This document shows, in pieces, positions 17,865 to 28,280 of a stretch of 64,000 bases of DNA. Positions within the stretch are counted from its first letter, which is position 1, and each line of letters opens with the position of its first letter. Position numbers and translations under genes: made by a program. Origin of the DNA: a virus (taxonomy: Duplodnaviria > Caudoviricetes); the IMG/VR virus record IMGVR_UViG_3300037485_000206, positions 1,867 through 65,866 of that record; one strand, written 5' to 3'. The notes below the pieces were generated by a model. It ran no database searches, had not been told where the DNA came from, and saw only the letters and a program-made list of their open reading frames with translations.

Positions 17865-18413
17865 ATGCTATCAGCCATTGTTGGCCCTCTCAGTTGGGCA
17901 GTAGGTGACGGCACTGCCGTCGCTGCCACTACCACGCAAACCTCGTTGTTGACGAGTACCGCTGCCACGGGTAAGTGGGCTATGCCCGGAGGGTATTTCA
18001 CCGCCCCCGGTCAAATGCTACGGCTCTCGGCGTCTGGGCGCATCTCAACTCCGGCGGCCACCCAAGGCAATATCACATTTGCAGTCGCTGTTGGTGCAGT
18101 AAACGTCTGCGTGACGCCTACGTTTGTGTCGCTTGCTTCCCAGACAAACATTTCATGGCAGTTGTATTGGCTGCTGACTTGTCGGGCAGTTGGTGATGGT
18201 ACGCTGACGACCTTTATATGTTCGGGCAATTTTGAAACAGCGTTGGTGTCAGCTACTAACACCAATAACTTGATACCTGCTACTGCTCCAGCGGTGGGTA
18301 ATGGCTGCAACACCAATACCGCCGCGAACGTCGATCTTCTTGTAACTTGGTCGAACGCGACGGCTGGCAATTCTATTCAACTACATCAGTACCTGCTTGA
18401 ATCTGTAGTTTAA
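17865..18413 (+). CDS. beta-rich structural protein
   Basis: 182-aa ORF with RBS. Confidence 0.65.
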   Translation: MLSAIVGPLSWAVGDGTAVAATTTQTSLLTSTAATGKWAMPGGYFTAPGQMLRLSASGRISTPAATQGNITFAVAVGAVNVCVTPTFVSLASQTNISWQLYWLLTCRAVGDGTLTTFICSGNFETALVSATNTNNLIPATAPAVGNGCNTNTAANVDLLVTWSNATAGNSIQLHQYLLESVV

Positions 18414-18441
18414 GCCAGCGTAGGCACGGGAGAGGTGAACC

Positions 18442-21400
18442 GTGGCCGTCTATAACGTCCCGAAGAAGTTCAATAAGAGTTACAAGCCGATCCGTCGCGG
18501 TCGAGGCGTCCTTCTTACTGGGGCACTGCGCCCGCTTAAAGACAGCAACCGCGCTCCCCAAGCCTTTGATGTAGGTGTCAGGGAGTGGACAGGCGGCGCT
18601 TGGGGCTTGGGTGTCTGGGGCGACGGCTCTTGGGGTGTTGGTTCTGGTGGAGTCCGTGACTCCGTATCTGCTACGCAGAACCCCGGCGGTTCTGTTACTG
18701 AAACAGGTAACGCCCAAAATACCCAGACAGGGCTACTGTCTCCCGCTACAGCACTCCGAACAGAAGCAGTTACTGCCACCGAAGCTCAGGTAGCTAGGCT
18801 CACCGTTAGCGTAGCGATCCCCGAGGCGAGCGCTGCCGCCGATGCTGAAACAGCAACGATCACCGTTAGCAAGGCGCTAACTGAAACAGCCGCTGCAACG
18901 AACTTGCAGACGGGGCTCCTGTCTCCTGCAACAGCATCCCGAACAGAAACAGTCACTGCCGCGACAACGCAGAACGGGACTTTCTCCACTGCCGTATCTA
19001 TCGCTGAAGCAGTCACTGCCACCAACGCGCAAACGGGGCTGATTTCTTTTGGCAAGGCAATTGCTGAGACGGCATCAGCGACCGATACGGTCAACTCGCT
19101 TGCAGTTACTTACTCCAAAGCGATAACTGAGCCGACAACTGCTTGGGGTCTTGGGACTTGGGGCACAGGTGCTTGGGGTACGCGCACAACCGATACCGTA
19201 GTTGGCCTCATCCCTGTCAACACCGTTATCACTGAAACGGGTAATGCCCAAAATACTCAAACGGGACTCCTGTCCCCTGCCGCTGCACTACTAGCAGAAG
19301 CTGTCACTGCGACTAATTCCCAAACGGGACTCCTGTTAGTCCCTGCTGTAATCACTGAAGCAGCATCCGCGACCGACGCGGTCAACTCTCTTGCAGTTAC
19401 CTATTCCAAGTCGATTACAGAGACTGTCTCTGCGACGAATGCCCAAACGGGATTGCTGTTTACAGCAACGGCGATCTCTGAAGCAGTCACTGCGGCTACT
19501 GCACAGAACGGGACACTTGTAATTGGTTCGGCGCTGACTGAAACAGTCTCGGCCCAAAACACCCAGACAGGGCTCCTGTCCACGGCAACGACAATCTCTG
19601 AAGCTGTCACCGCCGCAGCCACACAGACGCTCACTTCGCTGACCATAAGTGTCGCTCTAACTGAGTCCAATGGCGGCTGGGGGTTCAGTACTTGGGGTAC
19701 GAACGTCTGGAGTTCTGGTACTACCGACACGGTTGTAGGACTTATCCCCGTAATCACCACGATTACGGAAAGCGTTGGCGGCTGGGGCTCATCGGCATGG
19801 GGGCAGAACCCTTGGGGCACGGGCGGGGCATCTGATCTCGTCAATAGCACGGCGCTTAAACCTGTAGCTATAACCGAAGCAGTTACCGCTACCGACGCTG
19901 TAAACGGGCTGCTTTCTGTTCCTGTTGCCATCAGCGAAGCAGTGTCGGCTACCGATACGGTCAACTCGCTTGCAGTTACTTACTCCAAGTCAATCTCAGA
20001 GGCAGTCTCGGCTACGGATTCGGTCAGTGGCTTGCTGGTCATTGCCGCAGCTAGAACAGAAGCAGTCACTGCGGTTGATACAGTCAACTCCCTTGCTGTT
20101 GCGTATTCCAAGTCTCTGACAGAAGCGGTTTCTGCCACTGATTCGGTCAACTCACTCTCGGTTACTTACTCAAAGTCCCTGACTGAGTCCAATGGCGGTT
20201 GGGGTTTTGATCCGTGGGGCACCGATGTCTGGGGCTCTGGCACGCTCGACACTGTTGTCGCTGGCCCTTCGGCCATAACCGGGACTATCGTAGAAACCCT
20301 TGGAGGGTGGGGAACTCCTGCTTGGGGCTCTGGAATTTGGGGTTCTGGTGGAGCCACCGACTCCATTAGCGGGCTGCTCGTTACCGTTGCATCGACCATC
20401 ACAGAAGCAGGGGCAGCAACAACCGCTCAATCCGCTTCGGCTGACTGGTTGGCAAGCATCACAGAAGCAGGTAGCGCACAGGATACCGTCAACTCTTTGG
20501 CGGTTACCTACTCCAAGTCCATTGCGGAAGCGGTTTCTGCCACGGATGCAGTCAACTCGCTATCCAACACTTACAGCCGATCCATTACCGAATCCAACGG
20601 TGGTTGGGGCTTTGATACTTGGGGCTCTGGAGTCTGGAGTTCAGGAACTCTTGATACGGTTGTCGCGTCTGCTGCTGGCATAACCGGAACCATCATCGAA
20701 TCCGTGGGCGGTTGGGGCTCTTCTGCTTGGGGCCAAAACCCTTGGGGCACAGGTGGCGCATCTGATCTTGTCAATGGTACTTTTGTCGCAGGGGTTGCGA
20801 TCACCGAAGCCGTATCAGCCGCTGATACAGTCAACTCACTTGCGGTTGCGTACTCAAAGTCCATAACAGAAACAGCCAGCGCAACAGACTCCGTCTCTGC
20901 TGGAGCAATCAGCACAAGCGTTTTCATCACTGAATCCAACGGCGGTTGGGGCTCTGGCACTTGGGGCTCAGGCGTTTGGAGTTCCGGCACTACCGACACG
21001 GTTGTTGGGCTTACATCTTACGAGGCCGACATCCTTGAAGCCCTTGGGGGCTGGGGCTCGTCTGCTTGGGGTCAAAACCTTTGGGGTACGGGCGGCGCAT
21101 CTGATCTTGTTGATAGTACCGCACTCAAACCTGTCTCCATCACAGAAACCGTTGCAGCCACCGACGCGGTCACTGGGCTTATTCCGTTCATCACAGCGAT
21201 TGCGGAAACAGTCAACGCGCAAGACAGCGTAGCTATTCAGGCATTCAGCACAGCCGTCTCTATCACTGAAGCGACAAGTGGCTGGGGTCTCAGCACTTGG
21301 GGCACGAATGTCTGGGGCGCGGGCACTCTTGATACTGTCACTGCGTACATCCCGACCAACAACGTCTCAATCGAGGAAGCAACAAGCGGTTGGGGCAGTG

Positions 21401-22194
21401 GTACTTGGGGTACAGGTGCTTGGGGTACGCGCACTATAGACACTGTCATTAGTGCAGGGCCAGTTGCAGCGGACATAACGGAAGCAACGAGCGGGTGGGG
21501 GATTGGTACATGGGGCACAGGAGTCTGGGGCGCAGGCACTCTTGATACGGTTGTTGCTTATGTTCCGACAAAGAATGCTTTAATTGATGAAGTCACTAGT
21601 GGCTGGGGGCTTGATGCTTGGGGCTCTATTGCTTGGGGAACAGGGACTGTCGATACCGTAGTCTCATTGGTGCCGTTAGCCCCCGACATCCAAGAAAGCG
21701 TCAACGCTACTGACACTGCGTACATCCAGTTCCTCAACATCTATTGCCAGATTCTTGAATCTGTTTATGCAGTAGATACACTCATTGGGCTACTGGCCTG
21801 TTGGGTTCCAGTAGATGACTCACAGGCTCCAGTCTGGGGGTTGATTGATGATTCGCAGGGCGGTACATGGGGGACGGTTGTTACTCCCGAGACGCTTCCT
21901 TGGCAACAGATCAATGAAACGCAAACGGCTGGGTGGCAGCAAGTCGCTACCCCTCAAACTAGCACATGGGCTACAGCGGGCGCGGCGACAAACCCAGCAT
22001 GGGCGCAGATCAATGAAACGCAAACCCCGGAGTGGCAGGGGGCAAATACCACACAATCTGGAAATTGGACACCGGTCTCAAACTCGGCTAACATCGCGTG
22101 GACTGCAGTTGTTGACACGCAGGCAGCGGGGTGGGATGCTATAAACAATGTTCAGACTCCACCGTGGATCACAATCGACGACTCACAGTGCTGA
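18442..22194 (+). CDS. 1250-aa repeat-built fibre-like protein (ITEAVSATD units plus WG triplets)
   Basis: Long ORF, GTG start after GGAGAGG; two interleaved repeat types. Confidence 0.8.
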   Translation: MAVYNVPKKFNKSYKPIRRGRGVLLTGALRPLKDSNRAPQAFDVGVREWTGGAWGLGVWGDGSWGVGSGGVRDSVSATQNPGGSVTETGNAQNTQTGLLSPATALRTEAVTATEAQVARLTVSVAIPEASAAADAETATITVSKALTETAAATNLQTGLLSPATASRTETVTAATTQNGTFSTAVSIAEAVTATNAQTGLISFGKAIAETASATDTVNSLAVTYSKAITEPTTAWGLGTWGTGAWGTRTTDTVVGLIPVNTVITETGNAQNTQTGLLSPAAALLAEAVTATNSQTGLLLVPAVITEAASATDAVNSLAVTYSKSITETVSATNAQTGLLFTATAISEAVTAATAQNGTLVIGSALTETVSAQNTQTGLLSTATTISEAVTAAATQTLTSLTISVALTESNGGWGFSTWGTNVWSSGTTDTVVGLIPVITTITESVGGWGSSAWGQNPWGTGGASDLVNSTALKPVAITEAVTATDAVNGLLSVPVAISEAVSATDTVNSLAVTYSKSISEAVSATDSVSGLLVIAAARTEAVTAVDTVNSLAVAYSKSLTEAVSATDSVNSLSVTYSKSLTESNGGWGFDPWGTDVWGSGTLDTVVAGPSAITGTIVETLGGWGTPAWGSGIWGSGGATDSISGLLVTVASTITEAGAATTAQSASADWLASITEAGSAQDTVNSLAVTYSKSIAEAVSATDAVNSLSNTYSRSITESNGGWGFDTWGSGVWSSGTLDTVVASAAGITGTIIESVGGWGSSAWGQNPWGTGGASDLVNGTFVAGVAITEAVSAADTVNSLAVAYSKSITETASATDSVSAGAISTSVFITESNGGWGSGTWGSGVWSSGTTDTVVGLTSYEADILEALGGWGSSAWGQNLWGTGGASDLVDSTALKPVSITETVAATDAVTGLIPFITAIAETVNAQDSVAIQAFSTAVSITEATSGWGLSTWGTNVWGAGTLDTVTAYIPTNNVSIEEATSGWGSGTWGTGAWGTRTIDTVISAGPVAADITEATSGWGIGTWGTGVWGAGTLDTVVAYVPTKNALIDEVTSGWGLDAWGSIAWGTGTVDTVVSLVPLAPDIQESVNATDTAYIQFLNIYCQILESVYAVDTLIGLLACWVPVDDSQAPVWGLIDDSQGGTWGTVVTPETLPWQQINETQTAGWQQVATPQTSTWATAGAATNPAWAQINETQTPEWQGANTTQSGNWTPVSNSANIAWTAVVDTQAAGWDAINNVQTPPWITIDDSQC

Positions 22195-22217
22195 AGCACT
22201 AATATCTAAGGACTAAC

Positions 22218-23009
22218 ATGGCAGCAACACCACTTCTCGGCCTTGAACTTCCCGTCACCGGAACTCTTTCCGGTACTTGGGGCGACACGGTCAACAACGC
22301 AATTACCTCGCTGATTGATACGGCCATTGCTGGCGTGTACACAATGGGCGCTGGTACTGGCGATGTAACGCTCACGACGACTACTGGTGCGGCCAATCAG
22401 GCTCGTTCAGCCATTCTTTTGTGTACTGGGTCTCGCGCCGCGCTAACAACCATCACGGCCCCAGCATCATCCAAAATCTATGTAATCATCAACACCACGA
22501 CCGGCGGCTTTGGTATCAAGTTGGTTGGCGCTGGCCCAACTACCGGCATCACGATTCTCAACGGCGAAGAGGCTGTTGTTGCTTGGAGCGGCTCTGATTT
22601 TGTACGCATTGCTACCAACGGCGGGCCAATAGTTGGTTCAACGGGCACGTTTACCGGCCTCGTCAGTATTGCTGGTGGCGCTCAAACTGCTTCGGTCACG
22701 GCTACTCAGGCGGCTGGCGCGATCACGCTCGACTGCAACTTGTCGAATGTCTTTGCAACGACCTTGACGGCAAGCATCACGACGCCAACGTACAGCAACC
22801 CGCATGACGGGCAGACCATCAACTGGTTCATCACCCAAGGCGGCGCTGGTAGTTTCACAGTTGCGTGGGGTGGTGTGACGGCAGTGAAGTGGCCGGGAGG
22901 TACTGCTGGTGTCTTGAGCACGGCAGTTGGCGCAGTTGACTTGGTGGTGCTGACCTATCGGTCTTCTACCGGCTTCTGGTACGGAACTATTGCAAAGGCA
23001 TTCGCATGA
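22218..23009 (+). CDS. tail fibre protein
   Basis: LGLELPVTG...GTWG N-terminal anchor; C-terminal ITQ...WP-GT...AVD domain. Confidence 0.7.
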   Translation: MAATPLLGLELPVTGTLSGTWGDTVNNAITSLIDTAIAGVYTMGAGTGDVTLTTTTGAANQARSAILLCTGSRAALTTITAPASSKIYVIINTTTGGFGIKLVGAGPTTGITILNGEEAVVAWSGSDFVRIATNGGPIVGSTGTFTGLVSIAGGAQTASVTATQAAGAITLDCNLSNVFATTLTASITTPTYSNPHDGQTINWFITQGGAGSFTVAWGGVTAVKWPGGTAGVLSTAVGAVDLVVLTYRSSTGFWYGTIAKAFA

Positions 23010-23992
23010 CATTCGCTGCTAGAACATTTCAAGGCGCTGCTCAAAGAGGGGCCATTCAATACACGTTTGCGGCCAACGCTGCAGATCAGTCCTTTGATGT
23101 TACTGCTGGCGTCGCTCCCTCGGGGGGCTCAGTTACTGGAACATATATTGGCGGCAACACCGCCATTACCATCGTTGTTAATAGTAGTATCTATATTTAC
23201 TCTACTTCTTCCACTACTCCAGCTCTTGCGCTAACTGGTGGTGCCGGTAATGATACTATTACACTTACCAATAATGGCTTCATTATGGGGTGTGGCGGTA
23301 CTGGCGGGGGTAGTCTTGGGGCTACAACGACGTATGACCCACCCAATGCCGGTGGTATCGCCCTACAAGCTGGCTTCGCGTTGAGCGTAGTTAAAAACGC
23401 AGGATCGTATATCGGCGGCGGGGGCGGCGGGGGTGCTGGTGGTGGCAGCAACCCCCAAGTTTCTGGTGGGGGTGGTGCTGGCGGTGGAGCTGCAGGGGCT
23501 GCATACGATACAGCTACTGGAGGCGTTGCCGGTGGAACTGGTGGAGCCGTTGGCCTCACAGGAACAAATGGTACGTTTAACGCTGCCGTAGCTAGTGGTG
23601 GTGGCGGCGGTAGGTTGTTCCCCGGTACTGGCGGGGCCGGGGGGTTATGTACTGGCACCACGATTACTCGTGACAATGGAGACGGAGGTACTGCTGGCGG
23701 CGGCGGGGGGTCTAGAAACTATCTTCAGGCTGCTGCTGCTGGCGGCGGTGGTGGGTTTGGTGCGGTTGGCGGCACAGGCTACGCATGGACGACAACGACT
23801 GGCGCAGGTGCATTTGACGTAACGGGTGGTGCGGGCGGAAGCGCAGGTTTTGTCGGCTCGGATGGAGCGGAAACAAAGGGCTTGACCCTTAGCTCTACCG
23901 CTGCCGGAGCAGCGGGCGGCAAGGCTATTAACTTCAACGGCTTTACAGTCACCATTTCTGGCTCAGGCACAACCTACGGAGCAACATCATGA
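23006..23992 (+). CDS. Gly-rich receptor-binding adhesin-like protein
   Basis: NNGFIMGCGGTGG and poly-Gly tracts resembling T-even gp38-type adhesins. Confidence 0.6.
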   Translation: MTFAARTFQGAAQRGAIQYTFAANAADQSFDVTAGVAPSGGSVTGTYIGGNTAITIVVNSSIYIYSTSSTTPALALTGGAGNDTITLTNNGFIMGCGGTGGGSLGATTTYDPPNAGGIALQAGFALSVVKNAGSYIGGGGGGGAGGGSNPQVSGGGGAGGGAAGAAYDTATGGVAGGTGGAVGLTGTNGTFNAAVASGGGGGRLFPGTGGAGGLCTGTTITRDNGDGGTAGGGGGSRNYLQAAAAGGGGGFGAVGGTGYAWTTTTGAGAFDVTGGAGGSAGFVGSDGAETKGLTLSSTAAGAAGGKAINFNGFTVTISGSGTTYGATS

Positions 23993-24639
23993 TCGTCACA
24001 CAAGCACTTTTGCTGGCCGTTGGTGGATGCGCTCAAATCGTTCAGCACCTCATTGATACTGGGTATGGCGGTCTTCTTCGTCAAGAATTTATTGACAAGA
24101 TGCAGCAAGACGCGGATGCAGGTATACACCCACAGTGGTGGGTTAGCTGGTCAAAGGTGTATCTTAAAAACGGGGACGCTATTTTCTTTAACGGGGAATA
24201 CGTTAAGCTGGATGAGTTTCGGGTATTTGGTTTTAAACTAGCAGACCCCACTCAGATTTATTCCACTATTGAGGATGCAAGGGTGGCGGAAGTTGCGGCA
24301 GAGGCGGCGCAAAACGCTTCAGAAGAGTGGATGTTCCATGTCCATGCCGTATGTCCTACTGGCGAAGACCAACATACGTTGGAAACCTGTGATCTAGATG
24401 GGGATGGCGTATTTGACCACCCCGTAACGGTCTATCAAGTATTCAACTACCTGACTGGCCTGTATGAAGACTATGAATTTTTTGATGCCGCGCAACTTCG
24501 TTGCCGTGAATTGCAACAAGAACGCCAGAGCTTGATTGCACTGAGCTATGTTGTCGAGCAAAAAATCCAACAGATTAACGACCCAGAGGAAAATCCATCG
24601 GCTTGGATTCGTTACGACAAGCTAAATCCCCCGGTGTAA
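23989..24639 (+). CDS. acidic hypothetical protein
   Basis: ATGA-coupled 216-aa ORF. Confidence 0.65.
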   Translation: MIVTQALLLAVGGCAQIVQHLIDTGYGGLLRQEFIDKMQQDADAGIHPQWWVSWSKVYLKNGDAIFFNGEYVKLDEFRVFGFKLADPTQIYSTIEDARVAEVAAEAAQNASEEWMFHVHAVCPTGEDQHTLETCDLDGDGVFDHPVTVYQVFNYLTGLYEDYEFFDAAQLRCRELQQERQSLIALSYVVEQKIQQINDPEENPSAWIRYDKLNPPV

Positions 24640-24641
24640 TC

Positions 24642-24806
24642 ATGAGTCCCGCAACCCCCGAAGTAATTGCGCTGCTTATTAAGAGTCTTCCGGGGATTCC
24701 CAGCGAGTTGGAGCTATACCATTTTGCGCGGTCTATAGAGCTTCTTCATGGGATTGGGCTGGAGTCCCCGCCCCTACCCGCTACGCAAGAGCCGAGGTTT
24801 GTATGA
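24642..24806 (+). CDS. small hypothetical protein (FARSIELLHGIG)
   Basis: Fills the gap; ATGA overlap with next gene. Confidence 0.45.
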   Translation: MSPATPEVIALLIKSLPGIPSELELYHFARSIELLHGIGLESPPLPATQEPRFV

Positions 24807-25288
24807 ATGAACTACTCCAGTTCCTAGCTAAAGCCGCCCCTGCCCTAGCAACAGCAGTTGCTGGCCCGCTAGGTGCTGTAGCTGTCTCTGCTATTGCCAA
24901 GCAGTTTGGTGTGGCAGACACGCTTGAAGCCGTGACGAAGGCCGTTGTCGAAGACCCAGAAGCTGCGCTCAAGCTGGCTCAGATTGATGTTGATAAGCTG
25001 AAGATGCAGTACGCGAACACTGCCGACGCTAGAGCCATGCAGGTCGCTGCGCTCAATCAGTCTGATGTCTTCTCCAAGCGGTTCACCATGTACCTGACTG
25101 CGTTCTGGTCAGTCTGCGCGGCGATCTACATCGGCTTTATTACTTTCAGCGTAATTCCAGATACAAATGTCCGGTTCGCCGACACCATCCTTGGGTTCAT
25201 CCTCGGTACGGTGATCGCCACCATGTTGAACTTCTGGTTTGGATCGAGCATTGGCAGCAAGGAAAAGGCAGAGGCAGCTAGGAAATGA
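24803..25288 (+). CDS. putative holin
   Basis: APALATAVAGPLG N-terminus, two TM segments, FWFGSSIGSK end. Confidence 0.7.
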   Translation: MNELLQFLAKAAPALATAVAGPLGAVAVSAIAKQFGVADTLEAVTKAVVEDPEAALKLAQIDVDKLKMQYANTADARAMQVAALNQSDVFSKRFTMYLTAFWSVCAAIYIGFITFSVIPDTNVRFADTILGFILGTVIATMLNFWFGSSIGSKEKAEAARK

Positions 25289-25512
25289 AGATCGCTGACT
25301 ACATCACCGTTATCTGCTGCTTGTCGTTGGCAATGGTACTTGTGGCTACCTGTTCGGCATCCTTGGTTGGCCTTTTTGATACAAAGGTTGATAACGGAGA
25401 ACTGTTCAAAATGCTTCAGCCCTCGTTCAATACCATTGTCGGAGCCTTTGTTGGCACCATTGCCGGTATCAAGATGGGTAAAGAGAACAAGGACAACGAG
25501 GACAAGAAATGA
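25285..25512 (+). CDS. two-TM membrane protein (lysis accessory?)
   Basis: Two hydrophobic helices, charged C-terminus. Confidence 0.6.
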   Translation: MKIADYITVICCLSLAMVLVATCSASLVGLFDTKVDNGELFKMLQPSFNTIVGAFVGTIAGIKMGKENKDNEDKK

Positions 25513-26021
25513 AAGCCAACTTTGAGTCCTGCCTAGCCAACCTCCTGAAGCATGAAGGTGGGTACGTCAACCACCCCTCCGATCCGGGCGGCATCACCAA
25601 TCTAGGCGTGACGAAAAAGGTGTGGGAAGAGTTCCTTGGTGCGCCTGTCCCAGACTCAGAGATGCAGCGCCTGACGCCCCAACTGGTTACGCCCCTATAC
25701 AAAAAGCTGTACTGGGACAAGATCAAAGGCGATAATCTCCCGACGGGTGTTGACTACTGCGTGTTCGATGCTGCTGTGAATAGTGGCGCTGGCCGTGCAT
25801 CCCGCTGGCTTCAGACGGCGGTTGGTGTCGAACCTGATGGGTCGCTTGGCCCAAAGACCTTTGCTGCTGTAGAGATCCTCCACCCAAAACTGCTGGTCTC
25901 TCGCTACTGCGAGCAGCGTCTCGCCTTCTTGCACCGCCTCGGCACATGGGAAACCTTCGGACGAGGGTGGGAACGCCGAGTCAAAGAAGTAGAAAGTACC
26001 GCACAGTCAATGTGCAAATGA
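25509..26021 (+). CDS. endolysin, glycoside hydrolase family 108 with PG-binding domain
   Basis: HEGGYVNHPSDPGGITNLGVT, FDAAVNSG, FGRGWERRV. Confidence 0.92.
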   Translation: MKANFESCLANLLKHEGGYVNHPSDPGGITNLGVTKKVWEEFLGAPVPDSEMQRLTPQLVTPLYKKLYWDKIKGDNLPTGVDYCVFDAAVNSGAGRASRWLQTAVGVEPDGSLGPKTFAAVEILHPKLLVSRYCEQRLAFLHRLGTWETFGRGWERRVKEVESTAQSMCK

Positions 26022-26028
26022 GGTCACT

Positions 26029-28278
26029 ATGCCCCTTAAGAAACTTGGATTTAGCGCTGGCGTAAATCGAGAAAATACGACCTACGCTAATGAAGGTGGG
26101 TGGTATCAGTGCGACAAGATTCGCTTTCGTTCGGGGCAACCGGAAAAGATTGGTGGATGGGTCCGAGACACTGGGGCGCTATCTCCCGTCATAGGTACGA
26201 CGACCACGACGATTGCATATCCTCCAACAGGAACGCTTTGGGGCGTCGGTCGGTCGTTGTGGAACTGGGTGACGCTTTCTCTCTATAACCTCGTGGCTAT
26301 CGGCACCAGCAGTAAGTTCTATATCCAAAACGGGATCAACGGCCCGTTCTATGATGTAACGCCAATCCGCGCAACCACAACTGCTGGCGCAATCACTTTC
26401 GCTAGAGCGTACAGCACGCTGAACGGAAGCATAACGGCCACCGCTACAACGATCACGCTCACCAGCGCGGCGTCTTTTCCTTCTGTCGGCGGGAAAATTC
26501 TGATTGATTCCGAACAGATCACCTATGCAGGGGTCTCCGGTAGTACGCTGACTGGGTGTGTCCGGGGCGTTAACGGGACTGTTGCTAATAGCCACACTAC
26601 AACAACGCCAGTTGGTGGCTACACGATTACTGTAACCAACTCCGCCAATGGCGCACAGACGGATGACTTCGTTACATTTAGCGGGGCCGTATCTCTTGGC
26701 GGTAACGCTACCGCTGCCGTACTCAATGCTGAGTTCCAACTCACCTATATCAGCGTTTCTACATACGCAGTGACGCTCTCGGTCGCCTGTAATGCAAGCG
26801 ATACGGGTAATGGCGGGTCTGCTACTGTTGGGACATACCAGATCACCGTTGGCGGTAGCGCACTAACAACCACTGTTGGCTGGGGTGTAGGTCCGTGGGC
26901 CGGTACCGCTTCAGGGATCGTACCCGCTACGGGGTGGGGCCAGTCGTATACGATTGGAACTAACCCGACCACCAACCCGCTCAGGCTTTGGAGCCAGTCC
27001 AACTTCGGCGAGAACCTCGTATTCAACTACCGTAGCGGCCCGATGTTCTATTGGGCAGTGGATGCAAGCCCTCAGTATTTCTACCGTGGAGTAGAGATCG
27101 AGGCCGGTACAACCGTCGATGGGGCGTTAGTAGATTCCACTTGCCCGTCCAATGTCAACTCCATCATGGTGTCTGACTCCTCGCGCTTTGTGATTGCTTT
27201 TGGCTGTAACGACCCTACGGGCACATATGCCACTCAAGCGCTTGACCCGATGCAAATCAGGTGGTCCGACCAAGAAAGCTACTATACGTGGACCCCTGCC
27301 ACGACGAATCAGGCAGGCGACTACCGGCTTAGCCACGGCTCCATGATCGTTGCAACGGTTCAGACCCGACAAGAAATCGTTATCCTGACTGACGCTGCAG
27401 TTTATTCCATGCAGTATCTTGGCCCTCCGTATGTCTGGGGCGTCCAGATCCTTGACGACAACATCTCCATCGCTGGCCCCAATGCTGTAGCTACGGCAAA
27501 TAACGTCATCTACTGGATGGGGATGGACAAGTTCTATGCGTACTCAGGGCGTGTTCAAACACTCCCGTCAACGCTGCGCGAGTACGTGTTTACCGACATC
27601 AATCTCTCGCAAGGCTATCAGTTTGTAGCCGGTACCAACGAAGGCTATAACGAAGTTTGGTGGGGGTACTGCTCGTCCAATTCACTGGTCATAGACAGGT
27701 ACGTTATCTTCAACTACCTTGATCAGGTTTGGTACTACGGCTCATGGAACAACGTCAATGGTCTTCCGCAAGGACGCACCGCTTGGTATGACAGCCCGTT
27801 GCGTACAAGCCCTATGAGTGTTGCATATGGCGCGGCAGGCGGTTCCACCAACGCTACGCTCGTGTATCAGGAATCCGGTGTAGATGATGGCCTTGTAACA
27901 CCACCAGTAGCAATCAATGCGTTCATTCAGTCTTCTGACTTCGACATCGGTGAAGGCCACAACTATGCGTTTGTCTGGCGTCTGATCCCCGACTTGACCT
28001 TCGACGGTTCCACGACGAATAATCCTTCCGCTTACTTTACGCTCAGGCCACGCACATTCCCCGGAGCAAACTACGGAACTTCTGACAACCCTGTTGTGAC
28101 CAGCACACAGAACTACACGTCCCAGCGCACGTATGAAGTGCAGCAATTTACTGAACAAGTCTATGTTCGAGTACGTGGGCGACAGATGGCGTTCAAGGTC
28201 AGTTCCGATGGGCTCGGCGTTCAGTGGCAGCTTGGTGTGTCGCGTATGGATATCCGGCAAGACGGACGGAGAAGCTAA
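26029..28278 (+). CDS. tail nozzle/tubular protein (P22 gp10-like beta-propeller)
   Basis: GVNRENT...DKIRFRSGQPEKIGGW...IRWSDQE...RVRGRQ...DGRR. Confidence 0.75.
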   Translation: MPLKKLGFSAGVNRENTTYANEGGWYQCDKIRFRSGQPEKIGGWVRDTGALSPVIGTTTTTIAYPPTGTLWGVGRSLWNWVTLSLYNLVAIGTSSKFYIQNGINGPFYDVTPIRATTTAGAITFARAYSTLNGSITATATTITLTSAASFPSVGGKILIDSEQITYAGVSGSTLTGCVRGVNGTVANSHTTTTPVGGYTITVTNSANGAQTDDFVTFSGAVSLGGNATAAVLNAEFQLTYISVSTYAVTLSVACNASDTGNGGSATVGTYQITVGGSALTTTVGWGVGPWAGTASGIVPATGWGQSYTIGTNPTTNPLRLWSQSNFGENLVFNYRSGPMFYWAVDASPQYFYRGVEIEAGTTVDGALVDSTCPSNVNSIMVSDSSRFVIAFGCNDPTGTYATQALDPMQIRWSDQESYYTWTPATTNQAGDYRLSHGSMIVATVQTRQEIVILTDAAVYSMQYLGPPYVWGVQILDDNISIAGPNAVATANNVIYWMGMDKFYAYSGRVQTLPSTLREYVFTDINLSQGYQFVAGTNEGYNEVWWGYCSSNSLVIDRYVIFNYLDQVWYYGSWNNVNGLPQGRTAWYDSPLRTSPMSVAYGAAGGSTNATLVYQESGVDDGLVTPPVAINAFIQSSDFDIGEGHNYAFVWRLIPDLTFDGSTTNNPSAYFTLRPRTFPGANYGTSDNPVVTSTQNYTSQRTYEVQQFTEQVYVRVRGRQMAFKVSSDGLGVQWQLGVSRMDIRQDGRRS

Positions 28279-28280
28279 AA

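Noticed and set aside
18580-21660. WG/GW repeats as Argonaute hooks
   Set aside because: That function is eukaryotic; the context is a virion fibre, and a similar motif occurs in the tail nozzle protein.
18442-23992. Diversity-generating retroelement target/template pair
   Set aside because: No reverse transcriptase in the window, and repeat differences are not adenine-specific.
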